A DNA stretch of 24,000 bases from Candidatus Sericytochromatia bacterium (GTDB lineage: Bacteria > Cyanobacteriota > Sericytochromatia > S15B-MN24 > UBA4093), in assembly GCA_036676985.1 (NCBI GenBank), contig JAKFBU010000076.1, positions 15,185 through 39,184 of the forward strand, written 5' to 3'. The position numbers and the translations under genes are program-made. This document shows, one piece after another, positions 15,753-24,000 of this stretch. How positions within the stretch are numbered: position 1 is the stretch's first letter; the number at the start of each line of letters is the position of its first letter. Below the pieces are notes generated by a model. The model did no database searches and was not told the DNA's origin. It saw only the letters and a program-made list of their open reading frames with translations.

Positions 15753-17192
15753 TTGGGCAACTATCTCATCATGCTGCTGCCCATCCTGGTCACGCAGATC
15801 GTCAGTCGGGTGGTGGTCCGCTATGGCGCGACCTTCGACGTGCCGAAGTATCCCGTGTCCCGCCACCGTATGGTGTGCTCCTTCTGCCTCTACGCGAGCC
15901 TCGCCGCCACCGTCTTCTTCTGGAAAGTGCCCGGGATCCACGCGAGCTGGACCTTTGCGACCCTGCTCCTGTTCGCTACCTCGCTGGAGGGGCACCTGCG
16001 CCTGGTCGAATCGCCCTTCTCGCTACGCCGCTGGTGGCCGCTCTACGGCCTCGTGGCGCTCGCCGCCGCCCTGGGCGTCGGCCTGACCTATCCCAATCCG
16101 ATCTACCTGTCCCTGTGGGCCGTCCTCGCCGTGCTCGCGCAGGGCGCCTCGGTCTTCGTCCTGACGCGTTCCGCTCTGCGCTCGTCGCCCGCGATCACCA
16201 TCATGGGGGCCTCGTATGCGGTGGGGATGGTGGCGGCGGCCATGACGCCCTGGGTGGCCTCGAACCTCTCGCACTTCCTGGTCGAGCTGCTCCTGGTCCT
16301 GGTCTCGCTCTCGGCCGTCCTCATGGCCATGGGCATGCTCAGCTTCGTGCTGGAGCGGACGGCCCAGCGCCTCCAGGACACCCAGGCGCGTATCTCGGCT
16401 GAGATCGACGAGCGTACGGCCGAGCTCCGGGCGGCCAACTCGCGGCTGCAGGAGCTCGATCGCCTCAAGGACCAGATCCTGAGCACGGTGAGCCACGAGC
16501 TGCGCACCCCGCTCGCCACCATCCGGGGCTACGGCGAGTTCCTGGAGGATGAGATCGCGGGCCCGCTCTCGGACGGCAACCGGGAGTACGTCCACAACAT
16601 CCTGGAGGCGACCCAGGTCGTCTCCCACAAGGTGGACGACCTCCTGGATCTCGCGGGCATCTCGGCCGGTAACTTCCGATTCGAGTTCGCGCCCTTCCGG
16701 TACGACGAGCTGCTGCGGCAGTTGGGCAGCCTCATGCATCCGATCCTGGCCAGGCGATCCCAGACCCTGCGCCTGCAGCATGCCGACGAGATCCCGCTGG
16801 TGGGCGATCGCCGCCGCATCCTGCAGGTGCTGGTCAACCTGGTCCAGAACGCCTCCAAGTTCTCGGCGGACGGCGCGGTCATCGAGGTCACAGCGGAGGT
16901 CGACGCCGAGGGCGTCACCACCCGCGTGTCGGATCAGGGCATCGGCATCCCCCCCGAGCAGCTCACGCGCATCTTCGAGGCCTTCTACCAGGTGGACAGC
17001 CACAGCACGCGGGTGCATGGCGGCATCGGGATGGGGCTGGCCATCGTGCGCAGCATGATCGAGGCCCACCGGGGACGCATCGAGGTCCGGAGTACCGAGG
17101 GCGAGGGCTCCACCTTCACCTTCCGTCTGCCTTACCTGCCCTTCGAGGAGCGTCGGGGGACGACGGCTCAACTGCCGGAAACCACCGTCTGA
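15753..17192 (+). CDS. Multi-pass membrane sensor histidine kinase
   Basis: TTG 15753 after GGGAGGG (or GTG 15729). About 7 hydrophobic helices, then STVSHELRTPLATIRGYGEFL, QVLVNLVQNASKFSADG, VSDQGIGIPPEQLTRIFEAFYQ, GGIGMGLAIVRSMIEAHRG. Confidence 0.93.
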   Translation: MGNYLIMLLPILVTQIVSRVVVRYGATFDVPKYPVSRHRMVCSFCLYASLAATVFFWKVPGIHASWTFATLLLFATSLEGHLRLVESPFSLRRWWPLYGLVALAAALGVGLTYPNPIYLSLWAVLAVLAQGASVFVLTRSALRSSPAITIMGASYAVGMVAAAMTPWVASNLSHFLVELLLVLVSLSAVLMAMGMLSFVLERTAQRLQDTQARISAEIDERTAELRAANSRLQELDRLKDQILSTVSHELRTPLATIRGYGEFLEDEIAGPLSDGNREYVHNILEATQVVSHKVDDLLDLAGISAGNFRFEFAPFRYDELLRQLGSLMHPILARRSQTLRLQHADEIPLVGDRRRILQVLVNLVQNASKFSADGAVIEVTAEVDAEGVTTRVSDQGIGIPPEQLTRIFEAFYQVDSHSTRVHGGIGMGLAIVRSMIEAHRGRIEVRSTEGEGSTFTFRLPYLPFEERRGTTAQLPETTV

Positions 17193-17348
17193 CCTGAAGT
17201 TCGGTAGGTCCTACGGATGATCCTCCCGTTGCCCGGAGCTATGGTGAGGATGCGAGGAGGGAAGCCTGAAACGAACGAAATCGGACGGTTGAACACCCTC
17301 GAGGCGACACCGCCGCACAGAAATCGCCACCAGGCGCACCCCTCCCCT

Positions 17349-17382
17349 GACCCCCGCTGCACCCGCGGGGGTCTTTCTATTT
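17349..17382 (+). terminator. Rho-independent terminator, about 155 nt downstream of the histidine kinase gene
   Basis: GACCCCCGC (17349-17357) - tgcaccc - GCGGGGGTC (17365-17373) then TTTCTATTT. Confidence 0.9.
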
Positions 17383-17800
17383 AAGGCACTTGCAGCGTGA
17401 CGCTGGCGGTCGTGTCGGCGTCCACCTGGGCGCTCGCCGTCGCCGAGTCGTCGCTGAGCCGCACCTCGTAGGGGCCCGTCTTCATGCGCTCGAAGCGCAC
17501 GACGCCCGAGGCGTCGGTCGTGCCGCTGATGACCGACGGACAGCGCAGCCCCGTGTAAACCAGGCGAGTGGCCGAGACGCCGACGTTTGCCTTGCCGACT
17601 CCGCCCGCATCGACCACGCGGACCTGCAGGGTGCCGACCGGAATCTCCGTCTGGGTGCGGTAGCCTGCCGCGACCTGGGGGCTGCAGCCGCCGGAGTCGG
17701 CGGCCGGCGAGCCGAACATGGTGCCGAGGCTCGAGCAGCCCGCCGTGACGACGAGGGCGGCGACGGCGAGGCCGACGAGGGCGTAAGGCTGGCGTGGCAT
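17381..17800 (-). CDS. Small lipoprotein with beta-sandwich (carboxypeptidase-regulatory/Ig-like) domain
   Basis: ATG 17800, signal MPRQPYALVGLAVAALVVTAGCSS with lipobox; VRVVDAGGVGKANVGVSATR...GTTDASGVVRFERMKTGPYEVRL. Confidence 0.7.
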   Translation of the reverse strand: MPRQPYALVGLAVAALVVTAGCSSLGTMFGSPAADSGGCSPQVAAGYRTQTEIPVGTLQVRVVDAGGVGKANVGVSATRLVYTGLRCPSVISGTTDASGVVRFERMKTGPYEVRLSDDSATASAQVDADTTASVTLQVP

Positions 17801-17928
17801 GGGGCATCTCCTTCCGAGGGGACTCATACCCGCCCGGCGAGCGCCCAACCCCCGCATGATCCACCGGGCGATCGTGGCCATGCGCGGGCCCCGGCAGTAC
17901 ACTGGAGGGACACGCAAGAAAAGGAGTT

Positions 17929-18282
17929 GTGACCAAGATGGCCAAGTCGACCGTGATCGCCGAAGGAAAGGCGTGGCGCCTGCAGACCACGTGGGGCGAG
18001 TTCGCCGTGCCCGCCGGGACCGAGCAAGACTACGAGTCCACCTATGAGAAGCTGCGGGACCTGGTGGTCGAGCGCTTCGAGCAGATCGCCCAGGAGAACG
18101 GCGCCATGCTCGCCTGGATCCGTGAGACCGGCCAGGTGGTGGGCCCTCAGAACCCGGCCGCCGATCTGCTGAAGAACCTCGAGCCCTGGCGCCAGCAAGC
18201 CGAGCGCGAGGTGACGGAGAGCTGGCAGCGTGGGGAGATCGCCGCGGTCTACTCGGGCGGAGCCCCCAGCGAGGCCGAGTAG
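17929..18282 (+). CDS. Hypothetical protein (114-117 aa)
   Basis: AAAAGGAG upstream; GTG 17929 or ATG 17938. Putative -10 TACACT near 17900. Confidence 0.65.
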   Translation: MTKMAKSTVIAEGKAWRLQTTWGEFAVPAGTEQDYESTYEKLRDLVVERFEQIAQENGAMLAWIRETGQVVGPQNPAADLLKNLEPWRQQAEREVTESWQRGEIAAVYSGGAPSEAE

Positions 18283-18400
18283 CGCCCGCTTCCTGGACCC
18301 TCGGACCCGCTTGCGTTAAGCTGAAGCCATCTGGCGACGATCTGTCGCTGTTTGGTCACGGCAGCCTCCCTGCGAGGCCGGCAAGCGCACCGAGGGTCTC

Positions 18401-18763
18401 ATGTCCAAGTCGTCGTTCGAGTTCCTGATGATGGTGGTCGGCGTCGCGGCCATCGTGATGACGTCCGCGACCCTGTACTACCTGGGGACGGCCTTCGTTC
18501 CGGGCGTCCTCCTCTTCGTGCCCCTGTTCGGCATGGCCGGGCTCGTGCTCGCGCCCTTCCATCGGCGCCACTACGATGCGGACTGGTGGGACCTGGGCAC
18601 GCCCCGCCTGAGCGAAGAGGACCCGCCCCTCTGGCAGATCGCGAGCCTCTCGGTGGTGCTCGTGTGCCTCCTGCTCTGGGTCGCCAACCCCGTCGTGTAC
18701 TACCCCGGCGAGGTCAGCCTCCCCATCCGCTACGTTACCGAGGGCCTGAGTCAGGAGCGCTGA
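18401..18763 (+). CDS. Small membrane protein (about 3 TM helices)
   Basis: MSKSSFEFLMMVVGVAAIVMTSATLYYLG..., FVPLFGMAGLVLAPF..., IASLSVVLVCLLLWVANPVVYYPG. Confidence 0.65.
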   Translation: MSKSSFEFLMMVVGVAAIVMTSATLYYLGTAFVPGVLLFVPLFGMAGLVLAPFHRRHYDADWWDLGTPRLSEEDPPLWQIASLSVVLVCLLLWVANPVVYYPGEVSLPIRYVTEGLSQER

Positions 18764-18773
18764 GCCACGCGCC

Positions 18774-19214
18774 TCACGGCTCCAGGGAGACGAGGGACCA
18801 GTGGGGGTAGCGCTCGTTGGCGTAGGCGAGCGCCTCCTCCAGCCGGTTGAAGTCCCGCTGGTGGCGCGGCAGCTCCTGCTCCACCACCGTGAACCAGTCC
18901 GGGGTCTGGGCGATGTAGACCTGGATCCGGTCCTTCTGCTTGACCGAGTAGCTCCAGTTCGACTTGGAGAAGGCCCGATCCCCCAGCGTCGCCTTGCTCT
19001 TGGGCGCCGCCATGCGCGTGGGAACGGCCAGGTACGTGCGCTGTGCCTCCTCGTCCCAGCGGAGGGAGCCCGCGGATCCGGCGCTGCTCAGGGCGAGCGG
19101 CCGATAGATCGCCTTGGCCGTGTCCAGTGGCGGCCGGTCGGTGGGAAGGGAACTGCAGGCGCCAAGGGCGAGGGCGATCAGGGCGCCCCCGATATAGGGA
19201 TGGCTCAGTCTCAT
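18774..19214 (-). CDS. Hypothetical lipoprotein
   Basis: MRLSHPYIGGALIALALGACSSLP lipobox; GGAGG upstream of the ATG at 19214. Confidence 0.7.
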   Translation of the reverse strand: MRLSHPYIGGALIALALGACSSLPTDRPPLDTAKAIYRPLALSSAGSAGSLRWDEEAQRTYLAVPTRMAAPKSKATLGDRAFSKSNWSYSVKQKDRIQVYIAQTPDWFTVVEQELPRHQRDFNRLEEALAYANERYPHWSLVSLEP

Positions 19215-19241
19215 GGGGCCTCCTTCGAAAAGCAGATCAGT

Positions 19242-19255
19242 AACGATAATTCGTT
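19242..19255. promoter_or_regulatory. AT-rich palindromic operator-like site in a divergent intergenic region
   Basis: AACGATAATTCGTT (arms AACGA/TCGTT). Shares TAACGATA with the palindrome at 14847-14866. Confidence 0.35.
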
Positions 19256-19343
19256 TTCATATCAAGCTAGCAAGTTTTGTGCGAAATGAAAAGAGCGAGT
19301 ACGATGAGGGCGTGCCCGCTTGATTCATGAAGGAGTCCTCCGC

Positions 19344-21059
19344 GTGTCCACCAAGTCGGTCGTTGCCTCGCTCACCCTCTCGGCCCTCTTACTCGTCTCC
19401 ACGGTCGCCTCGGCTGCTCCCGTCCCCGCCCAGTGGGCCTTTCCGGCCGATGGCCCTCCCGTGAAGGCCAAGCACGGCATGGTCTCGAGCGTCTCACCCA
19501 TCGCGAGCAAGGTCGGCGTCGAGATCCTCAAGCAGGGCGGCAACGCCATCGACGCGGCGGTCGCCGTGGCCTTCGCCATGGCCGTCACCTGGCCGGAGGC
19601 GGGCAACGTGGGCGGCGGCGGCTTCCTGGTCATGCGCGACAAGGAGGGCAAGAACTACGCCCTCGACTACCGCGAGACGGCCCCCGCCAAGGCCACGCGC
19701 GACATGTTCCTCGACGAGAAGGGCGAGGTGACCGACAAGGGCCTCGTCACGCGCCTCGGCGCCGGAACCCCCGGCACGGTCTGGGGCATGTACGAGGTGC
19801 ACCGCAAGTTCGGGCGCATGGCATGGCCCGACCTCCTGGCCCCCGCCATCAAGCTCGCCCATGAGGGCTTCCTCGTGGACAAGGGCCTCGCGGCCTCGCT
19901 CGAGAAGTACCAGGCGGATCTGCGCCGGGACGACGAGGCGGCGCGCATCTTCCTCAAGGACGGTCAGCCCCTCAAGGTGGGCGATCGCCTCCAGCAGCCC
20001 GATCTGGCCCGCACGCTGCGCCTCGTCTCGAACCGCGGCCCCGAGGGCTTCTACCAGGGTCCCGTCGCCGAGGCGTTCGACGAGGACATGGCCGACAACG
20101 GCGGCATCATGACGGCAGCCGACCTCGCCGCCTACCGTCCCAAGTGGCGCGAGCCCATCGCCTTCACCTACCGCGGCCTCAAGGTCGTGAGCATGCCGCC
20201 TCCGAGCTCGGGCGGCTTCCTCCTGGCCTCCATCCTCAAGATGGTGGAGAAGGACGACGTCAAGAAGTTGGGCTGGCACAGCCCCGGCCACATCCACCTC
20301 ATCGCCGAGGCCGAGCGGCGCGCCTTCGCGGATCGCAACGAGTACCTGGGCGACCCCGACCACCTCTCCATCCCGCTCAAGCGCATGCTCGATCCCACCT
20401 ACCTCCAGCAGCGCCGCGCCACGGTGGATCCCGCCAAGGCGACCCCCGAGTTCTCCACCCAGCCGGGCCTCGCGGAGCGTGAGGAGACGACCCACTTCGT
20501 GGTGGCGGACGCCTTGGGCAACGTCGTGAGCAACACCTACACCCTCAACGGCGCCTACGGCAGCTGCATCGTCGTGCCCGGCACGGGCGTCCTGCTCAAC
20601 AACGAGATGGACGACTTCACGGCCAAGCCCGGCTCCCCCAACCTGTTCGGGCTGGTGCAGGGCGAGAAGAACGCGATCGCCCCCAAGAAGCGCATGCTGA
20701 GCTCCATGTCGCCCACGCTGGTGCTGGACGCCAAGGGCAACTTCCGCATGGCGGTGGGCTCGCCCGGCGGCTCCACCATCCCGACCACCACCCTCCAGGT
20801 CCTCATGAACTACTTCGACTTCGGCATGAACGTCCGCCAGGCCGTGGTCGCGCCGCGCTTCCACCATCAGGGGCTGCCCCAGTCCATCGACGTGGAGCCC
20901 GCCGGCTTCGATCCCGCCACGCTGAAGGCGCTGGAGGGCATGGGTCATCCCCTGCGCGAGCGCTACCTTGGAGACGCGCAGGCGATCGTCCGCAAGCCCG
21001 ACGGCAGCTTCGAGGGCTGGGCCGATCCGCGCAAGGGCGGCCTCGCGGTCGGCTACTAA
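19344..21059 (+). CDS. ggt: Gamma-glutamyltransferase
   Basis: GTG 19344 after AAGGAG, signal peptide. GGNAIDAAVAVAFAMAVTWPEAGNVGGGGFLVMR and nucleophile Thr in EETTHFVVADALGNVVSNTYTLN...GVLLNNEMDDF. Confidence 0.96.
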   Translation: MSTKSVVASLTLSALLLVSTVASAAPVPAQWAFPADGPPVKAKHGMVSSVSPIASKVGVEILKQGGNAIDAAVAVAFAMAVTWPEAGNVGGGGFLVMRDKEGKNYALDYRETAPAKATRDMFLDEKGEVTDKGLVTRLGAGTPGTVWGMYEVHRKFGRMAWPDLLAPAIKLAHEGFLVDKGLAASLEKYQADLRRDDEAARIFLKDGQPLKVGDRLQQPDLARTLRLVSNRGPEGFYQGPVAEAFDEDMADNGGIMTAADLAAYRPKWREPIAFTYRGLKVVSMPPPSSGGFLLASILKMVEKDDVKKLGWHSPGHIHLIAEAERRAFADRNEYLGDPDHLSIPLKRMLDPTYLQQRRATVDPAKATPEFSTQPGLAEREETTHFVVADALGNVVSNTYTLNGAYGSCIVVPGTGVLLNNEMDDFTAKPGSPNLFGLVQGEKNAIAPKKRMLSSMSPTLVLDAKGNFRMAVGSPGGSTIPTTTLQVLMNYFDFGMNVRQAVVAPRFHHQGLPQSIDVEPAGFDPATLKALEGMGHPLRERYLGDAQAIVRKPDGSFEGWADPRKGGLAVGY

Positions 21060-21079
21060 GCCCACCATTCGCCACTTCA

Positions 21080-21110
21080 GGCCCTCCTCTTGTTCGAGGA
21101 GGGCCTTCTT
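21080..21110 (+). terminator. Rho-independent terminator after ggt
   Basis: GGCCCTCCTC - ttgttc - GAGGAGGGCC then TTCTT. Confidence 0.85.
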
Positions 21111-21144
21111 GCTGGGCCCGGAGGGGCGAGAGCGGCGGAGATCG

Positions 21145-21153
21145 TGATAAAAT
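21145..21153 (+). promoter_or_regulatory. Putative extended -10 (TGA-TAAAAT) immediately before queD
   Basis: CGTGATAAAATGGGGGCATG; the box ends 6 nt before the ATG. Confidence 0.5.
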
Positions 21154-21159
21154 GGGGGC

Positions 21160-21504
21160 ATGTACAGGCTCACCAAACGACTGAAATTCGAGGCCGCGCA
21201 TCGCATCCCGGGGCATCCCGGCAAGTGCGATCGCCTGCATGGCCACACCTACTTCGTGGACGTCGAGGTCAAGGGCACCGATCTCGACGCCCTGGGGATC
21301 CTGATCGACTTCAACCACCTCAAGGAGCTCGAAGCGCTCCTGCCCGACCACACCTACCTCAACGAGACGCTGCCGGGCATCCAGACCACCGCGGAGGGGC
21401 TGTCCAGGCACTTCTTCCAGGTCTTCAAGGAGCGCCTCCCCGAGGTCGCGGCCGTGACCGTGCACGAGGGGCCCAACTCCTGGTGCCGCTTCGAGGAGGC
21501 GTAG
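21160..21504 (+). CDS. queD: 6-carboxy-5,6,7,8-tetrahydropterin synthase
   Basis: FEAAHRI, CDRLHGHTYFVDVEV (Cys-x3-HGHxY), LIDFNHLK, LNETLP, TAEGLSRHFF. Confidence 0.95.
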   Translation: MYRLTKRLKFEAAHRIPGHPGKCDRLHGHTYFVDVEVKGTDLDALGILIDFNHLKELEALLPDHTYLNETLPGIQTTAEGLSRHFFQVFKERLPEVAAVTVHEGPNSWCRFEEA

Positions 21505-21505
21505 G

Positions 21506-22210
21506 ATGGCCGTGGAAGCGAAGCCCGTGACCCTCGAGGTCTGCGAGATCTTCACCAGCATCCAGGGCGAGGGCACCCGCATCGGCGTGCCGAGCACCTT
21601 CGTGCGGCTCCTGCGCTGCAACCTGCACTGCGCCTGGTGCGACACCACCTATAGCTGGAAGGACGGCGAACGGGTCGAGGGCGTCCAGATGTCCCCCGAG
21701 GCCATCCTGCGCGAGGTCCACGCCCGCGACGTGGTGCTCACGGGTGGCGAGCCCATGTTGCAGGACTTGTCGCCCTTGCTCGCCCTCATGGGCGATCGCC
21801 ACGTCACCGTCGAGACCAACGGCACCATCTTCAAGGCCTACGACCGGGTCAACCTCTGGAGCATCAGCCCCAAGCTCGGCTCGAGCGGCCACAAGCCCAA
21901 CAAGCGGGTCCTCGGCGAGTTCGTCGCGCACTACGGCCACAAGCTGCAGCTCAAGTTCGTCGTCGGCGGTCCTGCCGACCTCCAGGCCGTCAAGGACCTG
22001 CTCGAGGAGCTGCCCGAGGTGGCCGAGCGCGCCATTCCCGTCATCCTGCAGCCCGTCGGCAGCCCGACGCAGGGTGCGGGCGATTACCTGGAGGGCATGC
22101 GCCGCCTGATCGAGGAGGAGCTCCTGGTCGATGGCGCCTGGGCCAGGTACAACTGGCGCTTCCTGCCCCAGTTCCACCGTCTCCTCTGGGGAGACAAGCG
22201 AGGGATCTAA
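21506..22210 (+). CDS. queE: 7-carboxy-7-deazaguanine synthase (radical SAM)
   Basis: EIFTSIQGEGTRIGVPSTFVRLLRCNLHCAWCDTTYSW, VVLTGGEPMLQ. Confidence 0.95.
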   Translation: MAVEAKPVTLEVCEIFTSIQGEGTRIGVPSTFVRLLRCNLHCAWCDTTYSWKDGERVEGVQMSPEAILREVHARDVVLTGGEPMLQDLSPLLALMGDRHVTVETNGTIFKAYDRVNLWSISPKLGSSGHKPNKRVLGEFVAHYGHKLQLKFVVGGPADLQAVKDLLEELPEVAERAIPVILQPVGSPTQGAGDYLEGMRRLIEEELLVDGAWARYNWRFLPQFHRLLWGDKRGI

Positions 22211-22890
22211 TGTCGAAGAAAGCCGTCGTCCTGCTGTCCGGTGGTCTGGACAGCACCACCTGCGCGTATCTCGCCAAGGCCCAGGGCTACGAGGTCTACG
22301 CCCTCTCCTTCGACTACGGCCAGCGCCTCGCCCGCGAGCTCGACTCGGCCAAGGCCGTCGCCCAGGCCGTGGGGGCCGCCGAGCACATCGTCATGAAGTT
22401 CGACCTCACGCGCTGGGGTGGCTCGGCCCTCACGCAGGCGGACCTCGCGGTGCCGACGGGCCGCGAGACGGCCGAGATGGAGGAGAGCATCCCCGTCACC
22501 TACGTGCCGGGCCGCAACATCCTCTTTTTGAGCTTCGGCGTCTCCTACGCCGAGGCCAAGGGTGCCGAGGCCATCTTCATCGGGGTGAACGCCCTCGACT
22601 ACTCGGGCTATCCCGACTGCCGCCCCGAGTTCATCGCCGCCTACCAGGAGGCCGTTCGCCTCGGGACCAAGGCGGGCGTCGAGGGCCGGCCCATCCGCAT
22701 CGAGACGCCGCTTCTGCACTGGACCAAGGCCGAGATCATCCGGCATGGGCTCGAGGCGGGCGCCGACTACGGCCTCACGTGGTCCTGCTACCAGGGTGGG
22801 GCCGTGCCCTGCGGCGAGTGCGACTCCTGCAAGCTCAGGGCCAAGGGCTTCGCCGAGGCGGGCGTCCGGGACGCGGCCCTACCCGTCTAA
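22210..22890 (+). CDS. queC: 7-cyano-7-deazaguanine synthase
   Basis: VVLLSGGLDSTTCAYLA (PP-loop), YVPGRNILFLSF, DCRPEFIAAYQEA, SCYQGGAVPCGECDSCKLRAKGF zinc site. The start overlaps the queE stop. Confidence 0.97.
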   Translation: MSKKAVVLLSGGLDSTTCAYLAKAQGYEVYALSFDYGQRLARELDSAKAVAQAVGAAEHIVMKFDLTRWGGSALTQADLAVPTGRETAEMEESIPVTYVPGRNILFLSFGVSYAEAKGAEAIFIGVNALDYSGYPDCRPEFIAAYQEAVRLGTKAGVEGRPIRIETPLLHWTKAEIIRHGLEAGADYGLTWSCYQGGAVPCGECDSCKLRAKGFAEAGVRDAALPV

Positions 22891-22902
22891 GGTCTCCCAG
22901 GA

Positions 22903-22936
22903 AAGAGGGCGCTTCCTGTTCAGGAAGCGCCCTCTT
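22903..22936. terminator. Bidirectional hairpin between convergent queC and the PLD gene
   Basis: AAGAGGGCGCTTCCTG - TT - CAGGAAGCGCCCTCTT (16-bp perfect stem) with only a short T tail. Confidence 0.7.
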
Positions 22937-22949
22937 GTCGTCTGTGCCG

Positions 22950-24000
22950 TTAGAACCCGAGCGATTCGAGCAGATCGGGCTTCTTGTCCGGGGTGATGCG
23001 GATGCCTCGCTGCCAGTCCTGGTCGAAGAGGGCCGCGTCGAGCTGGCGGGTCGCCGCGGCGTCGTCGATGCCGAGGCCCGCCTCGCGCGAGTACACGAAG
23101 GACTGCTTGTCCATGTTCTGCGAGCCCACGTAGGCCCACTGGCCGTCCACGGACATGTACTTGGTGTGGTTGTTGGCGAGCGTCTGGCCGTCCGGCGAGA
23201 ACCAGCGCATCTCGACGTTCTGCCGCGATCGCTCGGGCAGCTTGTCCAGGAACTGGCTGATGAAGAGCTCGTTGTTCGAGAAGTCGACCAGCGACGTCCG
23301 CTGGTTGAAGCCCTTGGGCACCACGAGCTTGATCTGGACGCCGCGGTCGGCGGCCGCCGCGAGGGCGCTCCAGACCTCGCGGTCCGTGATGTTGGGCGTC
23401 ACGATCCGGATCTCGCGCTGGGCCGCGTGGAGGGCGGCCAGGATCCCCTGGTCGGCGTCGTTGGCGTAGGGCTTGCCGTGCAGCGAGGCCACCGCGATGC
23501 TGTCCCGGCTCAGGTAGGTCATGGGGATGGTGGGGCCCGTGGCGGGAGCGGCCTCGGCCTTGATGGCCGGAGGCAGCTTGAAGCCGTCCGCCGAACGGAC
23601 CGCGCCGTCCTGGATCTGCACCTTGACCTTGGACTTGGCGAAGGCCTGGTCGAAGTCCGCGAGCATGGTGTCGACCACGTCGCCCTTGACCTTCACGAGC
23701 ACGTCCTGGAAGTCCTTGTCCTGGATGTTGATGCCGCCGATGAGGCCGGTGTTGCCGTCAATCACGAACAGCTTCTCGTGGTCCATGCCCCGGTGCGGCG
23801 TCTTGAGGTAGCCCGCGATCACGGCGTCCACGCCGTGCTCCGTGAAGGCGTCGTTGACGGGATCCTTGAAGAGGGTGAAGTCGCCGCGGTGGATCAGATA
23901 CACCTTGAAGTCGGGCGACAGCTTCTGCTTTTCGCTGAGGGCCTTGAGCAGGGTCTTGCCCGCCTCGCTGTCCGCCTCGAACTCGAAGTTCTGGATCCGG
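22950..24000 (-). CDS. Phospholipase D-like domain protein (cardiolipin-synthase-like), N-terminus beyond window
   Basis: Two HxKxxxxD motifs: MDHEKLFVIDGNTGLIGGINIQ and NNHTKYMSVDGQWAYVGSQNMD. The frame stays open beyond the listed GTG (23903) to the window edge: ...RIQNFEFEADSEAGKTLLKALSEKQKLSPDFKVYLIHRGDF. Confidence 0.92.
   Translation of the reverse strand, partial: RIQNFEFEADSEAGKTLLKALSEKQKLSPDFKVYLIHRGDFTLFKDPVNDAFTEHGVDAVIAGYLKTPHRGMDHEKLFVIDGNTGLIGGINIQDKDFQDVLVKVKGDVVDTMLADFDQAFAKSKVKVQIQDGAVRSADGFKLPPAIKAEAAPATGPTIPMTYLSRDSIAVASLHGKPYANDADQGILAALHAAQREIRIVTPNITDREVWSALAAAADRGVQIKLVVPKGFNQRTSLVDFSNNELFISQFLDKLPERSRQNVEMRWFSPDGQTLANNHTKYMSVDGQWAYVGSQNMDKQSFVYSREAGLGIDDAAATRQLDAALFDQDWQRGIRITPDKKPDLLESLGF

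Noticed and set aside
14877-15995. 372-aa minus-strand ORF opposite folE
   Set aside because: folE is unambiguous on the plus strand.
19494-21248. 584-aa minus-strand ORF antisense to ggt
   Set aside because: Same GC-bias artefact; the plus strand encodes a clear gamma-glutamyltransferase.
1-24000. CRISPR array, tRNA/rRNA genes, prophage or transposase genes
   Set aside because: No regularly spaced direct repeats, no tRNA-like GTTCGA-arm context, and no integrase/transposase or phage motifs seen.

Overview
This is a GC-rich (roughly 68% by eye) bacterial chromosomal window that is mostly housekeeping genes. The order rplQ(3' end)-truA-rplM-rpsI, the very frequent octamer GCGATCGC (19 hand-counted copies in 24 kb, against about 1 expected) and the gene content suggest a cyanobacterium-related lineage, but this is inference. 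Recognisable loci: serine biosynthesis (class V aminotransferase + serA), a RidA-like gene overlapping a pfkB-family kinase, two orphan histidine kinases, a solitary N6-adenine DNA methyltransferase carrying a HsdS-like specificity region, folE, gamma-glutamyltransferase, a queD-queE-queC operon, and a phospholipase-D-like protein running off the right edge. There is no CRISPR array, prophage, tRNA or rRNA that I can support. The strongest observation is the alkaline-phosphatase-superfamily protein at 2766-4388. Its sequence looks circularly permuted: the segment with the GTSHG metal-ligand motif, normally C-terminal, sits N-terminal right after the signal peptide, and the normal N-terminal catalytic core follows it. 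Other leads are the HIP1-like octamer enrichment, a divergent GGDEF-like protein, a 138-bp nested inverted-repeat element at 7340-7477, a 17-bp-arm palindrome at 4403-4438, a motif-rich divergent intergenic region at 10937-11288, and a probably leaderless queD.
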